Shown here piece by piece: positions 26,850 to 40,904 of a DNA stretch of 64,000 bases (its first letter is position 1; each line of letters opens with the position of its first letter). Origin of the DNA: Epiperipatus broadwayi (taxonomy: Eukaryota; Animalia; Onychophora). The stretch covers positions 17,298,001 to 17,362,000 of the forward strand of contig JAQFVV010000003.1 of NCBI GenBank assembly GCA_028023455.1, written 5' to 3'. The notes beneath the pieces were generated by a model that worked only from the letters and a program-made list of their open reading frames with translations, was not told the DNA's origin and did not search any database. A program made the translations under genes and the position numbers.

Positions 26850-28760
26850 CCCTACAGATTTAGGAGCCATTTGTAAAAGAATAAATATGTATATATGCTA
26901 ACCTCTGTTATATCCCCACTGGTTTTGATGGCATCTGTAACAGAATAAATATGTGAATCAAGGAAAAACAATCCCAATTTAATAATGCCTGTGAATTGTC
27001 CCACTTCATTTGTAACAGATTGAAAATAATAAGCTTAACTAAAATGAATATCAATCAATGAATAACAATCTAACATCTAAGGTAACAAAACAATGATAAT
27101 AATCTTTGTTATAACCTCATAAATTCCAATAGCATTTAGAATGAATAGAAAACAAATAAAACATTACTTTATACTACCCTAATATATAAGCATTATTTGT
27201 AATATATCAAAGGTAAAGCAATTAAACTAAATATCATTGTTTTATAAATAACAGTATATGCCTATAATATAGATCTGATATAATGAAATGAAAATAATTA
27301 TAAAGAATTACACAGATAAACTTTAATATTTCTTATAAATCAACATGAAGTTTACAATAATATAAACTTGTATTAAAAGTCAAACATTATTTCTATCTCT
27401 ATTTAAATGAAATGATTAATAGATTGAGGAAATAATAATCTTAATATGCACTACGAGTTTACAATATCAATGGTATATAATAGAATATATAACTCAATAA
27501 ATAATTTCTAATTACAACTAAATAAAATAAAAGTACTGCTAATTCAACCTTGCTATACTATTCCACAAAACTAAGACAATTATAATAAGATTAATTATTT
27601 AATAATAATACATAATTAATTAACCCAACATATCTTTCCATTTTCATCACCTTAATATATAAAATAAAATCATCCTATTAAATTACATTAAAATTTTTAA
27701 TATCCAATAATAACAATATATAAAATAAATGATAAATTTTTATTTGATGCTTATCCCAACAGTTGACACATTGCATCCAATTACTCTTCAGTTCATTAAA
27801 GCTAAGTTATTAAAACTTTAGACTCTAACTGTCAAAGCATATGAAAGAATATTACATTTATTACAATTGGAAATTAATATTAAAATTTAATACTGAAACT
27901 AAAGTTACAATCCACATTAATGTACTTTAAATATAACCAAAGCAAATAATTTCAATTTGTATCAGAATAAAATATATTGATATTACCAGTTTTATAACTG
28001 AATAAGATTATGATCTTTATTGTTATATACTAACTTATTGTAATATTTATTTTAATTAGTATAGGTCTAAAATAAAATATGTAAACATTTCATTGCAACT
28101 ACCTTTATTTGTTTTCAATAATTATCATATTTGCATCTTTATCAATTATTAAATCAATTCATATATAATTTATATTTTAGAATATCTATCTATTTATTAC
28201 TAACAAAATAATTACAATAAGCTTCCAATTACTTATTAAATGTTTAAGAAGGTCTAATTAGTTAGTTTATTGCTGCATAAATACCTGATTAAATAATAAA
28301 TATTAAGTTTAATACAAAAAATATATAATTATACTTTCTTACCCATCCTGTGTTCTTGATTTCTGAATTATTTTTCTAACTGCTGATAATGATATATGAG
28401 ATATAATCAATTAGTGAATATTGTCTCATCCAAATATGATTTACAAATAAATTTGCATTGTAAAATTGAATGTTAACCAAGTGAGTTTATTTGTTTAAAA
28501 TTAATTCTAAATTTATTAAAAAATTGATATAAATTAAAATCAAAATTATATATATGATAATAGGTTTTGAACTGCCATTAACTTTATATTTAAATAGGTG
28601 ATTGCACAACAATCTCCACTTATTGGATGCTAAATACAAACACTTATGTTTATGTAGACAAATATGTTGCAGAACATTTATGCTTTCCAAAATATAAGAA
28701 AGTTCAAGATATATCATTTTTATACTTCCTATATAAATAGAGTTCATCAAAATATAAAAG
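26850..28760 (-). pseudogene. Degenerate multi-pass membrane protein gene(s), gustatory-receptor-like
   Basis: Long hydrophobic reading with YCKLHVDL*EILK and LNAIGIYEV, ending in xYIFILLQM-type motifs that resemble the GR C-terminal TYxxILxQF signature. Confidence 0.4.
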
Positions 28761-29137
28761 AAAAATTACATATATATGAAATTAAATATTTTTATTTGAT
28801 AACTTAAATTTAAAAGAACAAAATAAATTAAATACTTATTACAATATATTCCTTTTGAACTGTTAATATAAGTGATATATTTGAAGTTAATTTATAATCA
28901 GTCAATAAAAAAATGAATATTTTAAAATTAAAGTAATAATTACTATGCTACAAGATATAGCTTTAAACTTAGGAAGATATAACTCTTTTACATTTAGGTA
29001 TGTAAATAGATTATTACTTAACCTATAATTATATATTATTTATATCAATAATATATATTTTAAATGAAGAGAAAAAATATATCTATAAAACTTAAATAAT
29101 TAACGGTAAAAGCAATATTATATTTTAAATTCTTTAG

Positions 29138-29172
29138 AAGCACTTTCAATTATGTAGTAATTCTCATCAGCT
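29138..29172 (-). ncRNA. Degenerate hammerhead ribozyme at the PLE 3' end
   Basis: The reverse strand reads CTGATGA-G-AATTA-ctaca-TAATT-GAAA-GTGCT-T. AGTGCT could be a CpG-decayed palindromic stem III (AGCGCT). It sits just after the PLE ORF. Confidence 0.55.
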
Positions 29173-30850
29173 TTAACTGAGTTTCAAATTTTTTTAACTT
29201 AATGTTACATAAATTTTCATAAGCTGTGTATAGCCATATTTTCAAAACTGCCTATTAATAACATCATCCTTATATTTATCTATTAAAATTGCCTCTTTAA
29301 TTTTCCTCTTTTTATGATTCCTTTCATCCATTTAATATTTTTATTTCATTACTATTAAATGTAAACTTATAATTACAATTTTTTTATGGTCAAATAATAC
29401 TGCTATTTAAATTATTTTTAGTATGATTATATAATAATTGATGCCCCTTCAATCTTTTTTCCACAGAACATCTTGATTCACTGATATATAATTTTTGACA
29501 TCCACATGAAATCTGATAAATTATATTACTTCTTTGCAATTTAGGAATTATACTCTTAGAATTATTAATCAATCAATTAATATTCGGAGGAACACAAAAT
29601 GAAATATTATATTTTTCTTTAAATATATTCTTAATTAATTTAGATTGCATGTTATTTATAAATGGCATAGGTATCCATTTTTTTATTATCTAAGGTAACA
29701 TTGTAAACCCTCTTCTTATTATTAAATGAATTTACTCTATACAGAATTTGGTTTTTTTCATAACCAACCTTTAAAAGTTCATTAGCAAAGAATTCAATAT
29801 ATTAAAATTTTATCATTCTTATATTTACACAATTTATCATTGCAATGCAAAAACGATTTCAGACTTGCCATTTTATGCATCATTGGAACACATGATTTAT
29901 AATGAATATATTATCTTTCTCCAATAGGTTTAAAAATTAATTTATAATTTAAATCAGTAGCATCTCTAAATATTTGTAAATCCAAAAAAAATATTTTTTC
30001 ATTTTGTTAATTCTCAATAGTCCATTTTAAATTGTTTAAATTATTCAGATTATATAAAAGAACTTTGATAATGTCTTGAGGACCACAAACAAAAACATCA
30101 TCAGCATATCTAGTATAAATTTTAATATTTTCAAAATTGTAAGAATTTAATATAATATCTTCATATTTTGACAATGTAAAATTACAAATTTGTGCAACCA
30201 TAGGTAATCCCATTGGATATTCTTTACCCATTTTATAAAACTTATCATTATATGTTGCAATAATATTATCACATAAATTTTAGTGATTCAATAATAAAAT
30301 TTATTAAATGTTTATTACAGACATGGTAATTAGTTCAATTTCAATTCAACTTAGAGATTCAAGATGATCAATTAATCCATATAATTCTGTTACATCCAAA
30401 TGAAGCTAATAAATCATTATCATTTATTTTTATACTTTTAATTCTATCAAAAAATTCATAAGAAGGTGCAATTGTATATCTTCCAAAATCCAACATATCT
30501 TATAACAATTTACTAATATATTTAGCTGTTTTATACATAAATGATCCACCAAAATCGATCATCAATCTAAGAGGATTTCCTAGTTTTTGAAGTTTAATAT
30601 TATCAAATATTCTTGGGCATATAGACATAGATGTATATATATATCATAATATGTACAACTATCCATAAAATGATTTTTAACTTTCTTTAAAATACTATTT
30701 ATAAATTTCATACATTGTCCCTCCATGTTATAACTATCAATAATATCAAATCCCAGTTTACTCATTTGTGTTTCAATTTTATCATTATATGCATCTTTTT
30801 TAATAAAACACATTTGTAAACCTTTAAATTCTTTCAAACATATATAGTTC
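29140..30850 (-). mobile_element. Penelope-like retroelement relic (RT plus C-terminal GIY-YIG)
   Basis: PRIFDNIKLQKLGNPLRLMIDFGGS, YPMGLPM, YTRYADDVF, FFLDLQI, LLKVGY, NIIYQISCGCQKLYISESRCSVEKRLKGH and KIKEAILI appear in the expected order. Confidence 0.85.
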
Positions 30851-30859
30851 CCATGGTTG

Positions 30860-32060
30860 ACCTGATATGTATTAGGAATGAATCCTTCTAAATTAAAGAG
30901 AGTAATCTTCTGTCTTGGCAGTATGCGACATGGGAGAGTAGATTCCTCACAAAGTTTACTCATGCTCTGTGGGTCTTTGAGGGCAACCTCCAGGTGATTT
31001 TCCCTTACCATTTCACCCTTCCTTATTATTCTGGATCCTCAAGTTGACTTCAGTTTGTTGTATTTCAATTGTTGGAATCCCTTGGTATAGCTGACACTTG
31101 ATCATTGAAAACCTCTGATTGATGGCTTCATCTATCCTGTCAATCTGATCCCACATTTTAGTCACATTCTCCACGTTTATTAAGTCTGGATTTGTTTATG
31201 ATCACATCAGTCTCAAGGCTATCTTGTCCTCAAGTTATTTAAGATAATGATCTAGGGTTCCTAATGGTTTAACATGCAACTATTTCCTGATGCTCTGCAT
31301 TGCAGACAGTTGGTCAATCCTTGAGTCCACATCCTGAAATTCCCTCTGGATTTTGGCTTTTATATTTTCCTGCTCTGCACCACAGATCATCTCTGATCTT
31401 CTAAATATGTGCCCAATGGTACTAGACTTAAACTCTTCAAATTCTTATTGGCATTTTAGGTTGTCCACTTCCATCTCATTTCTCAAGTTGCCAAGTGAGA
31501 GCTTCATCTCTGAGTTGTCCCTTTGAACACTATTCAAGTTTATTAATATCTGATTTATATCAGCAGACAGTCTCTATATCCTTCACTTCTGTTTTTATAT
31601 CTGCCCTAACACTATCTTATGATTCCTTTTAAGCTTTTCTCCAGATTTATCATCCTACTGCTTATCTCTTCTTTCATTTCTTCATTCATACTGTATATAT
31701 CTTCTTTCATTGCTTCTCTCATACTGTTTATATCTTCTTTCATGCTCATGATCATCTGGAATAATTTTTCCATAGTCATAACATTTCCTGTAGTCTGTTC
31801 CACCTTCTCTTCAAGTATTTGAGTTCTCTCATCATTGAATGGATCTTGCCTTGGGGTTGCATTTGATCTGCAATATGTCTGTGGAGAGTTATCATCCATA
31901 GTCATAGACCCACTAGGTATTGGGATCTGTAAAGACCCTTCCCCAATATTATTAGTATCATCTTCAATCTTGCTTTCACTGGCACTCTGTGGTTCTTCGA
32001 CATGTTTCATATTTTTGCTTATAAACTGCATTCCACTTCTAAGAATCATTAAACCTTTTC
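30860..32060 (-). mobile_element. Gypsy-like gag N-terminal (coiled-coil) region, 3'-truncated
   Basis: ORF 31612..32049 has MKEDI/MKEEI heptad-like repeats and continues with frameshifts to RQKITLFNLEGFIP. An LTR and PBS lie upstream on the same strand. Confidence 0.55.
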
Positions 32061-32502
32061 TTTAATCATTAAGTGTAGAGTTACTTTTCTTTATAAATAC
32101 AAATATATGTGTCATAGGGGCTCCTGCTACCTCCTTGCCATTGAATGCTTATTTAATTCCTCCCTGTATTTCTATACTTTTGATAGTATGTATGCTGTTT
32201 TTTTAATACCTACTTTTTGTTTAGCCTACATTTTATCCATCTACCTCATCAATTTTAACTTGTTTTTGTTAATTAGTCATTTATTTGTGGTCTCTGTTTA
32301 TCATTTTATACCCATCAGTTGATTCATACACAATGTCTTACAAGATGTATTACTTTTATGGTTGGGTGTTCATTCCATTGTTACTCATATAAATCCATCA
32401 GGGTTGTATATGTGGAAAGTTTGAGAGATAAACAAATTCCAAAAAATATATACTTTTTTTATCAGTCTAATGGCTAGACATTCCTAGAAACTATTGTTTT
32501 AT

Positions 32503-32838
32503 GTCCCTAAAGTGTGGGCACCAGAATGTATCAGTCCAGGCTTTCCACCAGAAGAGAAGGAACATATCTTCCTATGGTCAGGCCTAGGATTTTCAAGTAG
32601 GATGCTGTGAATGATGTGATGAAGTACCTAAGCAATATTGTATCTACTTTCAATGGGCTACCTTTAAGTTTACACATTAAATTCAGAGGGTAGTTCAGTC
32701 TTACCTTTTTTTAATACTATGTTATAAAAGTGAACCCAGTTAATTTCCATTCTCTTTTGTTATCTATCAGAGGGTAGGATGATGTCACATAACCAATATC
32801 TTACAATCAAACCACAGAACAAGATAAAATTGGTGACA
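32503..32838 (-). mobile_element. 5' LTR (32527-32838) plus a tRNA-Lys-like primer-binding site (32503-32523)
   Basis: The reverse strand runs TGTCAC...GATACA, then ttc, then TGGTGCCCACACTTTAGGGAC (compare the Lys3 PBS TGGCGCCCGAACAGGGAC). The LTR 3' half is homologous to 34216-34374. Confidence 0.6.
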
Positions 32839-34026
32839 TGTTCAAAAATGTCATTTTAGTTGTACAATTTTCAAAAAGTTGAAAGAAATTGCAATCAATG
32901 CTTAAAATAAAGAAAGTCGATAATTTTCTAGAAATTTAATGAAAGAACTGAATTAATTGTAAGTTGATAAGTAAAAATAATGAGCTGCATTATTATTTGA
33001 TTCACTTGTATAACATAATGCCTAAAGAAGTATCAAACTTCTAATCTGAAATGTTTGAATGAATCCAGGAGGAGAAAAACTGAAGAAATGGAAACAACAT
33101 CACTTCAAGAACATTTCCAGAGAGTTCAAGCGAGTGATGGAGGATTTATTGGTGTAGAATGATGAGAATAAAGACAGACTATATCCATGAGAGGTATTAT
33201 TAATAAATTCAAAGGACTTTAATTAGGATAATAATTCTATTCTTATTTCATTCTCACATTTGGAAGTTTCAATGTGCTTATTATGCCTGGAATAGTCCAT
33301 TATGTTGAAAAGTAATATAGTACAAGGGGGGGGGGTATTAAGTTAGATAAGATTTTTTTTATGTAAATAAAGTTTAGGTTAATTCCCTTTGTAGTGACTT
33401 GGTATTTGGACACCATCATGAATTATGAGATAAGGTAAAAATTTTCTGATTTATTCCATATTAAGTACATATGCTATTACAGGACAGAATTTGGGTTGTT
33501 TATTTGTATATTTAATTAACAACAGTTATATTTAGTTTATTCAATGTGAGTGACTAAATTTTTTATATAAACATATAAAAGTTCCCTTTTTTTCAACTAC
33601 ATATAAATAGGGGGATCCAAAAAAAATAAAATAGCAATCGAAATTTTGACAATGAGGCTCTTTTATATATATATATATATAATGATAAATTTGATAGTCA
33701 GCTTCACGATCATTGCAATATTAAATCAATGATATTTTTTGTTAAATTTACCTGCTTTATAAATATATTGTGTCTCATCATGTATGGAAAGAGTCGGAGT
33801 AATAAACACATTTAATCATTAATATGGTAGAGATACATACTTGGCCTACCTGTGTAGATATATATTTTTTTATTGTTATGTCAAAAGTGGTTGGATATTA
33901 TCTGTTATCAAGTAAACATTGTCAGTTTAATTTAAAATAAAATTGGTCTTTAGTTTATCAAATCATTCATGCACTCATCCATCATTTTATTTGTCTATAT
34001 ACATGTACACATGTATTATTACTATA

Positions 34027-34374
34027 TGTAACATGACAATAGGGTTGGATGTATTTTACATCAATGGGAAACTATATAAAGGTACGATAATTACTATATA
34101 AGGTAAATTCATCCCTGAAGAAAGCTAAAGGCAACATTCTTCCTGATTTTGAATACTGAGACATAATGGAATCTGAAAGAGGGGTGAAGTGTGAATGATC
34201 TAGCCTAAATTGTGTCTGAATTTAATGTGTAAACTTAGAGTTAGACCATTGGAAATAGGTACAATCACTGATTAGGTACTTCATCATGTCATTCATAGTG
34301 TCCTATCTGAAGACCCTAAGTCTGACTATAGTAAGATGTGTTCCCCTCTTCTGGTGGAAAACCAATGCTTATCA
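34027..34374 (+). mobile_element. Solo LTR related to the 32.5-kb LTR
   Basis: TGTAAC...TTATCA. About 160 bp align with the reverse complement of 32527-32690; the U3-like part differs. Confidence 0.6.
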
Positions 34375-35149
34375 ACTGAGTTGAAGTCTAAGTGTATTGT
34401 CAGGTAGTTATGATATTTATAAATAAACCTTTTAAAGATATTCATTTCACAAAAAACCTGAATAGTAATCTATTGATCAGTAAATGGATCTATATTTTTA
34501 CTTTTAGTTAGATAATAAATATCTTATGTTAATCTCAGCATTATATAATTATCAATGGAAACATTGGAAAAATATGTGTGATCTGGTTAACACCCCCATT
34601 TATAATAAAGAAGTGATACATTTTTACATGTGATGATCTATAAATTATCCTTAATGATATAAAAAATCTGTATAATGCTCAATAATTCTGAGTGATACTC
34701 AATACTCTATGTTTTAAAATAAATCATCATTTGGATTCTAGGAGTAAATTGAGATAGACACTCATCAAATATCTTTCACTGTAAGTTATAAATAGTTCTA
34801 TATGCTTCAGACTTAAATATTATATATATATTTTTAGGGTGATGAGTCTTTCATGTCATTGGTTCACATAATTAAATAAAATTTAAATGAAGACTAATTA
34901 TCTAAACAAAAAATACATTATGTTATGTAATGTGAAATAGATTTTAAATTAAGATAAGTGTTTCTGTATATTGTCCATAATCCCTTGAGTTCTATTTAAG
35001 TAAGTTTCGTTTTCTTTTTTTCTCATGTGTCATAGCATCAACCGGGAAGCAAACCTACTAACCTGGGACAATTGCTTATAAAGCAGCTGTCACTGATCTC
35101 TCGATCACCAATGCTTGACAAGTTTCTCTTGCTTTAAAACTATTATACA

Positions 35150-36080
35150 TTGCAGTAAATATCATAGTACTAAATAATTTCTACATCATTGTTTCATTTT
35201 TGTTGTCTTCTTTATTCCATATTAATAAGCCTGTTGTGATAATTCCAATATCTTATTTAGACAATTTTTATTTTTATCAAAAAAATGTAACTAAAAAAAA
35301 CCCAGTTCTGCCTCTTATGATACTTTATATATGATTTTTTTCCATTTCCCATATAATTCATCCTAATTCAATTTTAACAGTCTATATATAAAAATAAATG
35401 TTGAATACTTTTTATCTCATTTTTATAGAAGCTATATGTTCGAGTAAAATTCTTACTTCATTTTTCTTTTCTTTTTATGATATCTAAAGCATTTGTCATT
35501 TCTCCAATTAATGATAATCTCTGTTATCTTGCTTTCTTTTATATTTTATATAAATTTTATAAATTCTAAACTTTATATATATATTGTACAATTCTAATTT
35601 TTTCTCTAAGCAAGTTATCTGTTCTCTTATCCAAATTTTAATCATTTACCTATAATATTTTTTACACATTTATCTTTTTATAACTACCGAGAAATACAAT
35701 CTCTATGTATTAAATTTACAGACGTAAAAATTTTCTTGTCCACTAGGTTTATCTTCTATATATAATTTAGTTAAACACTATTTTTATTAATTTGTTTTTA
35801 TTCATAAATTATAATTTTAATTTGATTACTCTTATTAAAAAAAGTCTTCTCCATATGTTCCTGAAAGACTTTATTTGCAATCTATAAGCACAAAACATAT
35901 CTATCTACTTTATTTTTATTTCTAGAGTCTCCTAATCAATGCAAAAAGCTTTGTTTTTCAGTCTTAAAGCAGACCATTTTATCTTTTTTCAAATTATTAT
36001 AAATACTCCGCATTTATTATATGTTAATTTTACTCATTCTACTTTTTTAATTCCTGTCCAAATCATGCTTTTATTTAATA
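35150..36080 (-). mobile_element. Highly decayed LINE fragment (RTE-like?)
   Basis: A-rich minus strand with FVLIDCK (IDF.KAFD-like), DKRTDNLLREKI and EIIINW remnants. Confidence 0.3.
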
Positions 36081-37759
36081 AAGTTCCAAATTCACGATAA
36101 TTATTTCATTTTAAAGAAGAATGTTTTCATTGACCATACCATTCGGTGATCAGCAATCAGTCGATGTTACATAAAACGGGTTAATAAACTCCCTTGAAAT
36201 TTATGTTTGTTTTCAGCAGATAAGTATGCACCCATATATTAACTGTAAACTTTTTTTTTTGAAAAAATTATTTAAAAACTTAAACAAAACATCATCTCAG
36301 TTTATCCTTTTAATAAATCAGCGCTCTTAAAAATTAATTATTGTTATGAAATTCTAATATATGAAAACATATTTAATTTTTTGCTTTTTTATATTTTAAG
36401 TAATTCTAATTAAATTTATTGTTGTAAAGAGGAAAAAAAAAGAATATATTAATGATTTTGAAACATTAAATTTTTTATTCTTATTGTAATTTAAAATTCA
36501 GTTTTTTTTTTTGCGTAATAAATATTTTTATTCATTTAATCTCTAACTGATAATTTATTCATTTAAAAGAGGAAATTACTTATAACTAATTAAAATGTAC
36601 TGCATGTTCCGATCAAAACAAACATTTAAAATAACTTGTCTCGAAAAATTATATTTAAAATTTTAAATAGAATTTAAATAATTTGCATTTTGCTTTATTT
36701 CGATTGTAGAAAAATAAAGATTTTGTGCGCGCTTGTGTAAGTATATATTATTTCTTGTGTCGTAAAATGGCTGATTCAAGAGCTAAAGATTCCTATAATA
36801 ATTCTCAACTGAGTAAAAAAAGAAATAGTTTGCTTGAATCTCGCATGACCTCTCAGGAAATTGAGCAAACAATAATTTTAATTGTTGATTAAGCTATATA
36901 AAAATCTTTCTAATTAAAAATCAAGCTCAAAAGTAATGTCGTTTAAGCCACATCCTTTAAAAGAACAAATAGTATCATAAAAAAACTTGTTTAGTGCACA
37001 CCATTTATAAATCAAAGCAGATCTATTACAACTATAAGAAATGTAGAGTAGATAAAATAGACTCCAAACATTACAAGTCATTGGCTGATATCAAACAGAT
37101 GTTCTCAGAAAATCAAATTATGTGGATAGAAGTTTGTTGTAATTTATTGCTCTGTTGAGGAAAAAAAGAATAATAACTATTATATATATATATATATACA
37201 GTGTATATATAATTTGAGTCAGTTATCTATAAAATCTTCTGAATTACAAGCAGAAATGAACAGCCTTTTTTCTGTGAAGATTGATTGAATTTATACAACT
37301 AGAGGCAGTTCAATGATTTATATTGACAATGCTTGGAATTTGTCACTAGGTTGTTATATATTTTCTAGCAATATAATGTTTTTATCATTATATATGTCTA
37401 AATGATATCATCTAATATTAAATATTCTACTTAATTGGTTTATAAAATCCCAAACTTATTCCCAGACTGATGAAAAGAATAAAATATACAATTCTCTTTA
37501 AATACGTATTTTAATTCAAACATGTCTATACTAATTTATGTTCTGGAAATAAAATAATTAACACAAAATATTTGCATAGACATAGTAACAAATATTTAAA
37601 TTAGAAATTCATGATAATTTAAATTTCAAGAGAAACTCTTGATAAAAGAAATCTTAATTTCTATAACTCAACAGAAAGTTAGGATGAAAAAGCTTTAAAA
37701 TTGTATTAAAACTCACAAATATATGAACTAATTAAATGAGTAAAACTAAACTATTGATT

Positions 37760-40680
37760 GTAATAAATTAAAAAGTAATATTTTCTTCCACGCAATAGTG
37801 CTACTTATTGTAAACACTAGTAATCATTAGATCCCAGAAAGTTATGCATCATAATACCTACCCAGAATCTTCCAATACAATATCTCTAGATTAGGTTCTA
37901 GCTTATGGCTTTCATCAGTAAAATTTTTATCTGGAATTAGTTCATCTACATCTTTGGATCTAGTGTACTTCCTTTTATCTTTTTGGTTAATTATAAAGCT
38001 ATTAGCTCAAACTGAAAAATCAAATGTTTCAATCAAAGCCAATTCACCTGCATAGTTATACAGATCTGAATTCTTTTCAGAATATACATATTTTGATGAC
38101 TTTGGTTTTTTTAATAATCACCGTCACAATTATCCTTTGGATAGGAATGATATTAAACCATTCAAACAACATATGAACTTTTCTTATACTCACACAAGCT
38201 GTTAAAAAAGCAGCAGATTTTTATATAGAATAGTGCCTTCTAGTGCAATCTCTAGTAATCAATAGATGTGAGATTTCTTACTTAAGAAAACCACAGGCTA
38301 GAAACTAGTCAGAGGATATTGCATAGAAAGCAGTGGATAGAGATTATGATGCACATCCCTCTAGCATCTACTGATTACTAGGGCTTGAACTAGGTGACAT
38401 TACTGGGTGCAAAAAATGCTATTGTTTTAACAGTTTGTGGAAGCATAAGAAAAAGATGATTACAGAATAGTTTATGATTTAGTAAATTAAATATCTACTA
38501 ATAATAAATACTCTAGGAAAATAGTTTATTTAAATTCCTCCTCTCCTTCCCAATAAAAAAATTTAATCACAATACAATTTAATTAATTTATATAAATTAA
38601 GATAAGTATACCTTGCATACACATAAGAAAAAAATAATTGCATGTTTGTGTGGTTATATAAATAGATGTGTGCTATGAAAACAAAGAAAATGCCATCCAC
38701 ATGACTAATTATAAAAAAAGTAATAATAATTTCTAAAATGACTGAAGTTAAAAGTAAAAAAGCAAATGATTAATATTTTTATTTTAAACAAATATTTAAA
38801 TGTAAGAAAACATCTGGGATGGTGCTGTAGATTGTTTATTATGACTCTTATAAAACAGAATGATTAAATTATTTAATTTGTTTGAAAGGGAAAAGTAGAT
38901 AATTTTATAAAGAACAAAGGTATTTTTATACACATGTCATAAAAATGAATTATTGTTGTTTATTTTGCTTTTGGTTTACATGTTTTGCAACCATCTTTAG
39001 TGTTTCTTTGCCAATGATCATTTGACAGCATTAACACTAAAATAATAGTGATTTATTTATAAAAAAAAGTCTCAAGGTGTCAGTATTGTACAAAAAACCT
39101 ACTATAAATGAGCTGATAATATTGTTGCTGTTTGGTAATTTCTTGTCTTTCCTGCCCAAGAGTATTTTCAGAAACTTGAATGTGCACATTTTTTAATTTA
39201 ATTTTTAAAAATGAAAACATATATTTTCTATAAATGTGATTAGATGCAGACTTCATTTGAAAATATTTACTTTTAGAAAAAGTGAAGTCTGGGCAAATCA
39301 TTAACATACAGCTTTAACTTATAAATGGCCAAAATAAAAAGACAAATGCATTATATTTACTATAGAAATAGTCACCTTTTTTATTATCATTTTAAAAATA
39401 GTTATAAGTAGAATTGTAAATAGAATTTTAGAATTTGAGCAATAATACATTCAGGTTTTAGAAACTGAATTAAAATAAGTGTAATTTCATTAATTTAATA
39501 TTTTGCTTGCAAAAGCTACTGCTCTGCTTATGTAGTTCAGACTATTACTTTTTTCTATATTTGTAACATTGGAAATATTGTTTTTTAAGAATAATTTTTG
39601 TTTATAAACTTATATTTCTAAGAAATAATTCAAAATTTTAAAAAATATAATAAAGAATAAGGGTAAATGTGATAAAGTAAAAAGTTGGAAATTTAATACA
39701 TTTAGTCATTTTTAAAGTATTTTTTGATATATTATAAATTATTTAGATAAAATATGCTGAAAATATAGCTATTTTACAAAAATAGTAAGATTTTAGTAAA
39801 AAAATTCTTTATTTTTACAGAATGTAAATTCAGAAAGAAATCCATGAAGTAAGCAACACTTTATAATAGGTTATGAACATCCTTTGAACATCCTTTTTAG
39901 GTTTCTGATATGGAATATTTTTATAATTCTAAATAGGAATTTAATTTTGAAAAACCTTATATTTACTTTCATAATCTGACAAATTATTTATATACTTTTT
40001 ACAAATGAAATTAAAATGAACATAATATTAAAAGATTAATATATTTTTATTGCTGATTCTGTAATTGACCAATCAAAAGTTTAGAGTTTCACCTCACTTG
40101 GACAACCAGAATTTTTGTCAGGGAAGGGTTTAAAAATAGGAGATCATTTCAATACATAAAGTTATCATGGAATAATTGATTTACATTGCTCTCATTTTCA
40201 ATAAGCTCAAATGGGAACCAGTCACATAATATTCTCAATAATTCCATGATTTACACTCAGAATGAAATTGGAATATATTTTTGATTTTAAGAGTGATTTA
40301 TCATCACCTTTAGAAAAACATAAATCTGTCTATTTTCATCAAATAATAAGGAATAAATTATCTGGTGACTTTATTTTTGCTAACATCAAAGCAAATATGC
40401 AGCATGTGGTCTCATCACATTAAATGGTATGATATTGATATTTTCCAGTCTGTAAAAAATTTTAGATTTAAGTTTTTCTGAAACTATTCACAAACAATGC
40501 ATCTTATTATTCCTTAAATCAATCTTTAATCTTTTTTTATATAACCTAACCAATAAAAGTTTGACTGAATAATCTAATTGTGTAGGTTATCACAGAAAAA
40601 TTCAATATTCATGATTCTCAAAGTTCAGATTTGATTTTTATGCTAGTGCTGTAACTAATAAGAACAGCAACATCTAAAAA
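37760..40680 (-). pseudogene. Fragmented type-I membrane glycoprotein-like relic interrupted by insertions
   Basis: Signal-peptide-like MLLFLLVTALA near 40670, Cys-containing middle pieces, and a C-terminal YWKILGRYYDA*LSGI**LLVFTISSTIAW near 37800. That the pieces form one gene is inference. Confidence 0.2.
39690..40133 (+). mobile_element. piggyBac-like MITE, copy 2 (5'-truncated)
   Basis: Homologous to the 3' part of copies 1 and 3. Ends aagggtt-taa. Confidence 0.65.
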
Positions 40681-40904
40681 AGAGAAAATACAACTTGAAA
40701 ATTGTGTTATATTCCACCACATGTTTAAATAAAGTTTAAATTTTTCTAAAAAAATTTAACAATTAATAATAGATAATAGAAATGGTCCAACATATAATTA
40801 TTAATCTCCATAAAAGGCTGTGTTTTAATATCTATCCTTAAATAGTCTTAATTAATTTGAAAACTATTTCATTATTAATCTAAGAAAAGTGATGCATATG
40901 TTGA

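Noticed and set aside
32840-33220. Possible RNase H or pol fragment next to the LTR
   Set aside because: It is on the opposite strand and upstream of the LTR, and the resemblance is too weak.
36768-36891. Short ORF MADSRAKDSY... with a good start context
   Set aside because: Only about 41 codons, with no recognisable domain or downstream exon.
37465-37510. CTGATGA-AAAGAAT...ATTCTCT-TAAATACGTA
   Set aside because: G12 is missing and there is no tandem, inverted or PLE context, so it cannot be distinguished from chance in AT-rich DNA.
37885-37920. CTGATGA-AAGC-cataa-GCTA-GAAC on the minus strand
   Set aside because: GAAC instead of GAAA, no stem III, and it lies in frame within a coding-like relic; likely chance.
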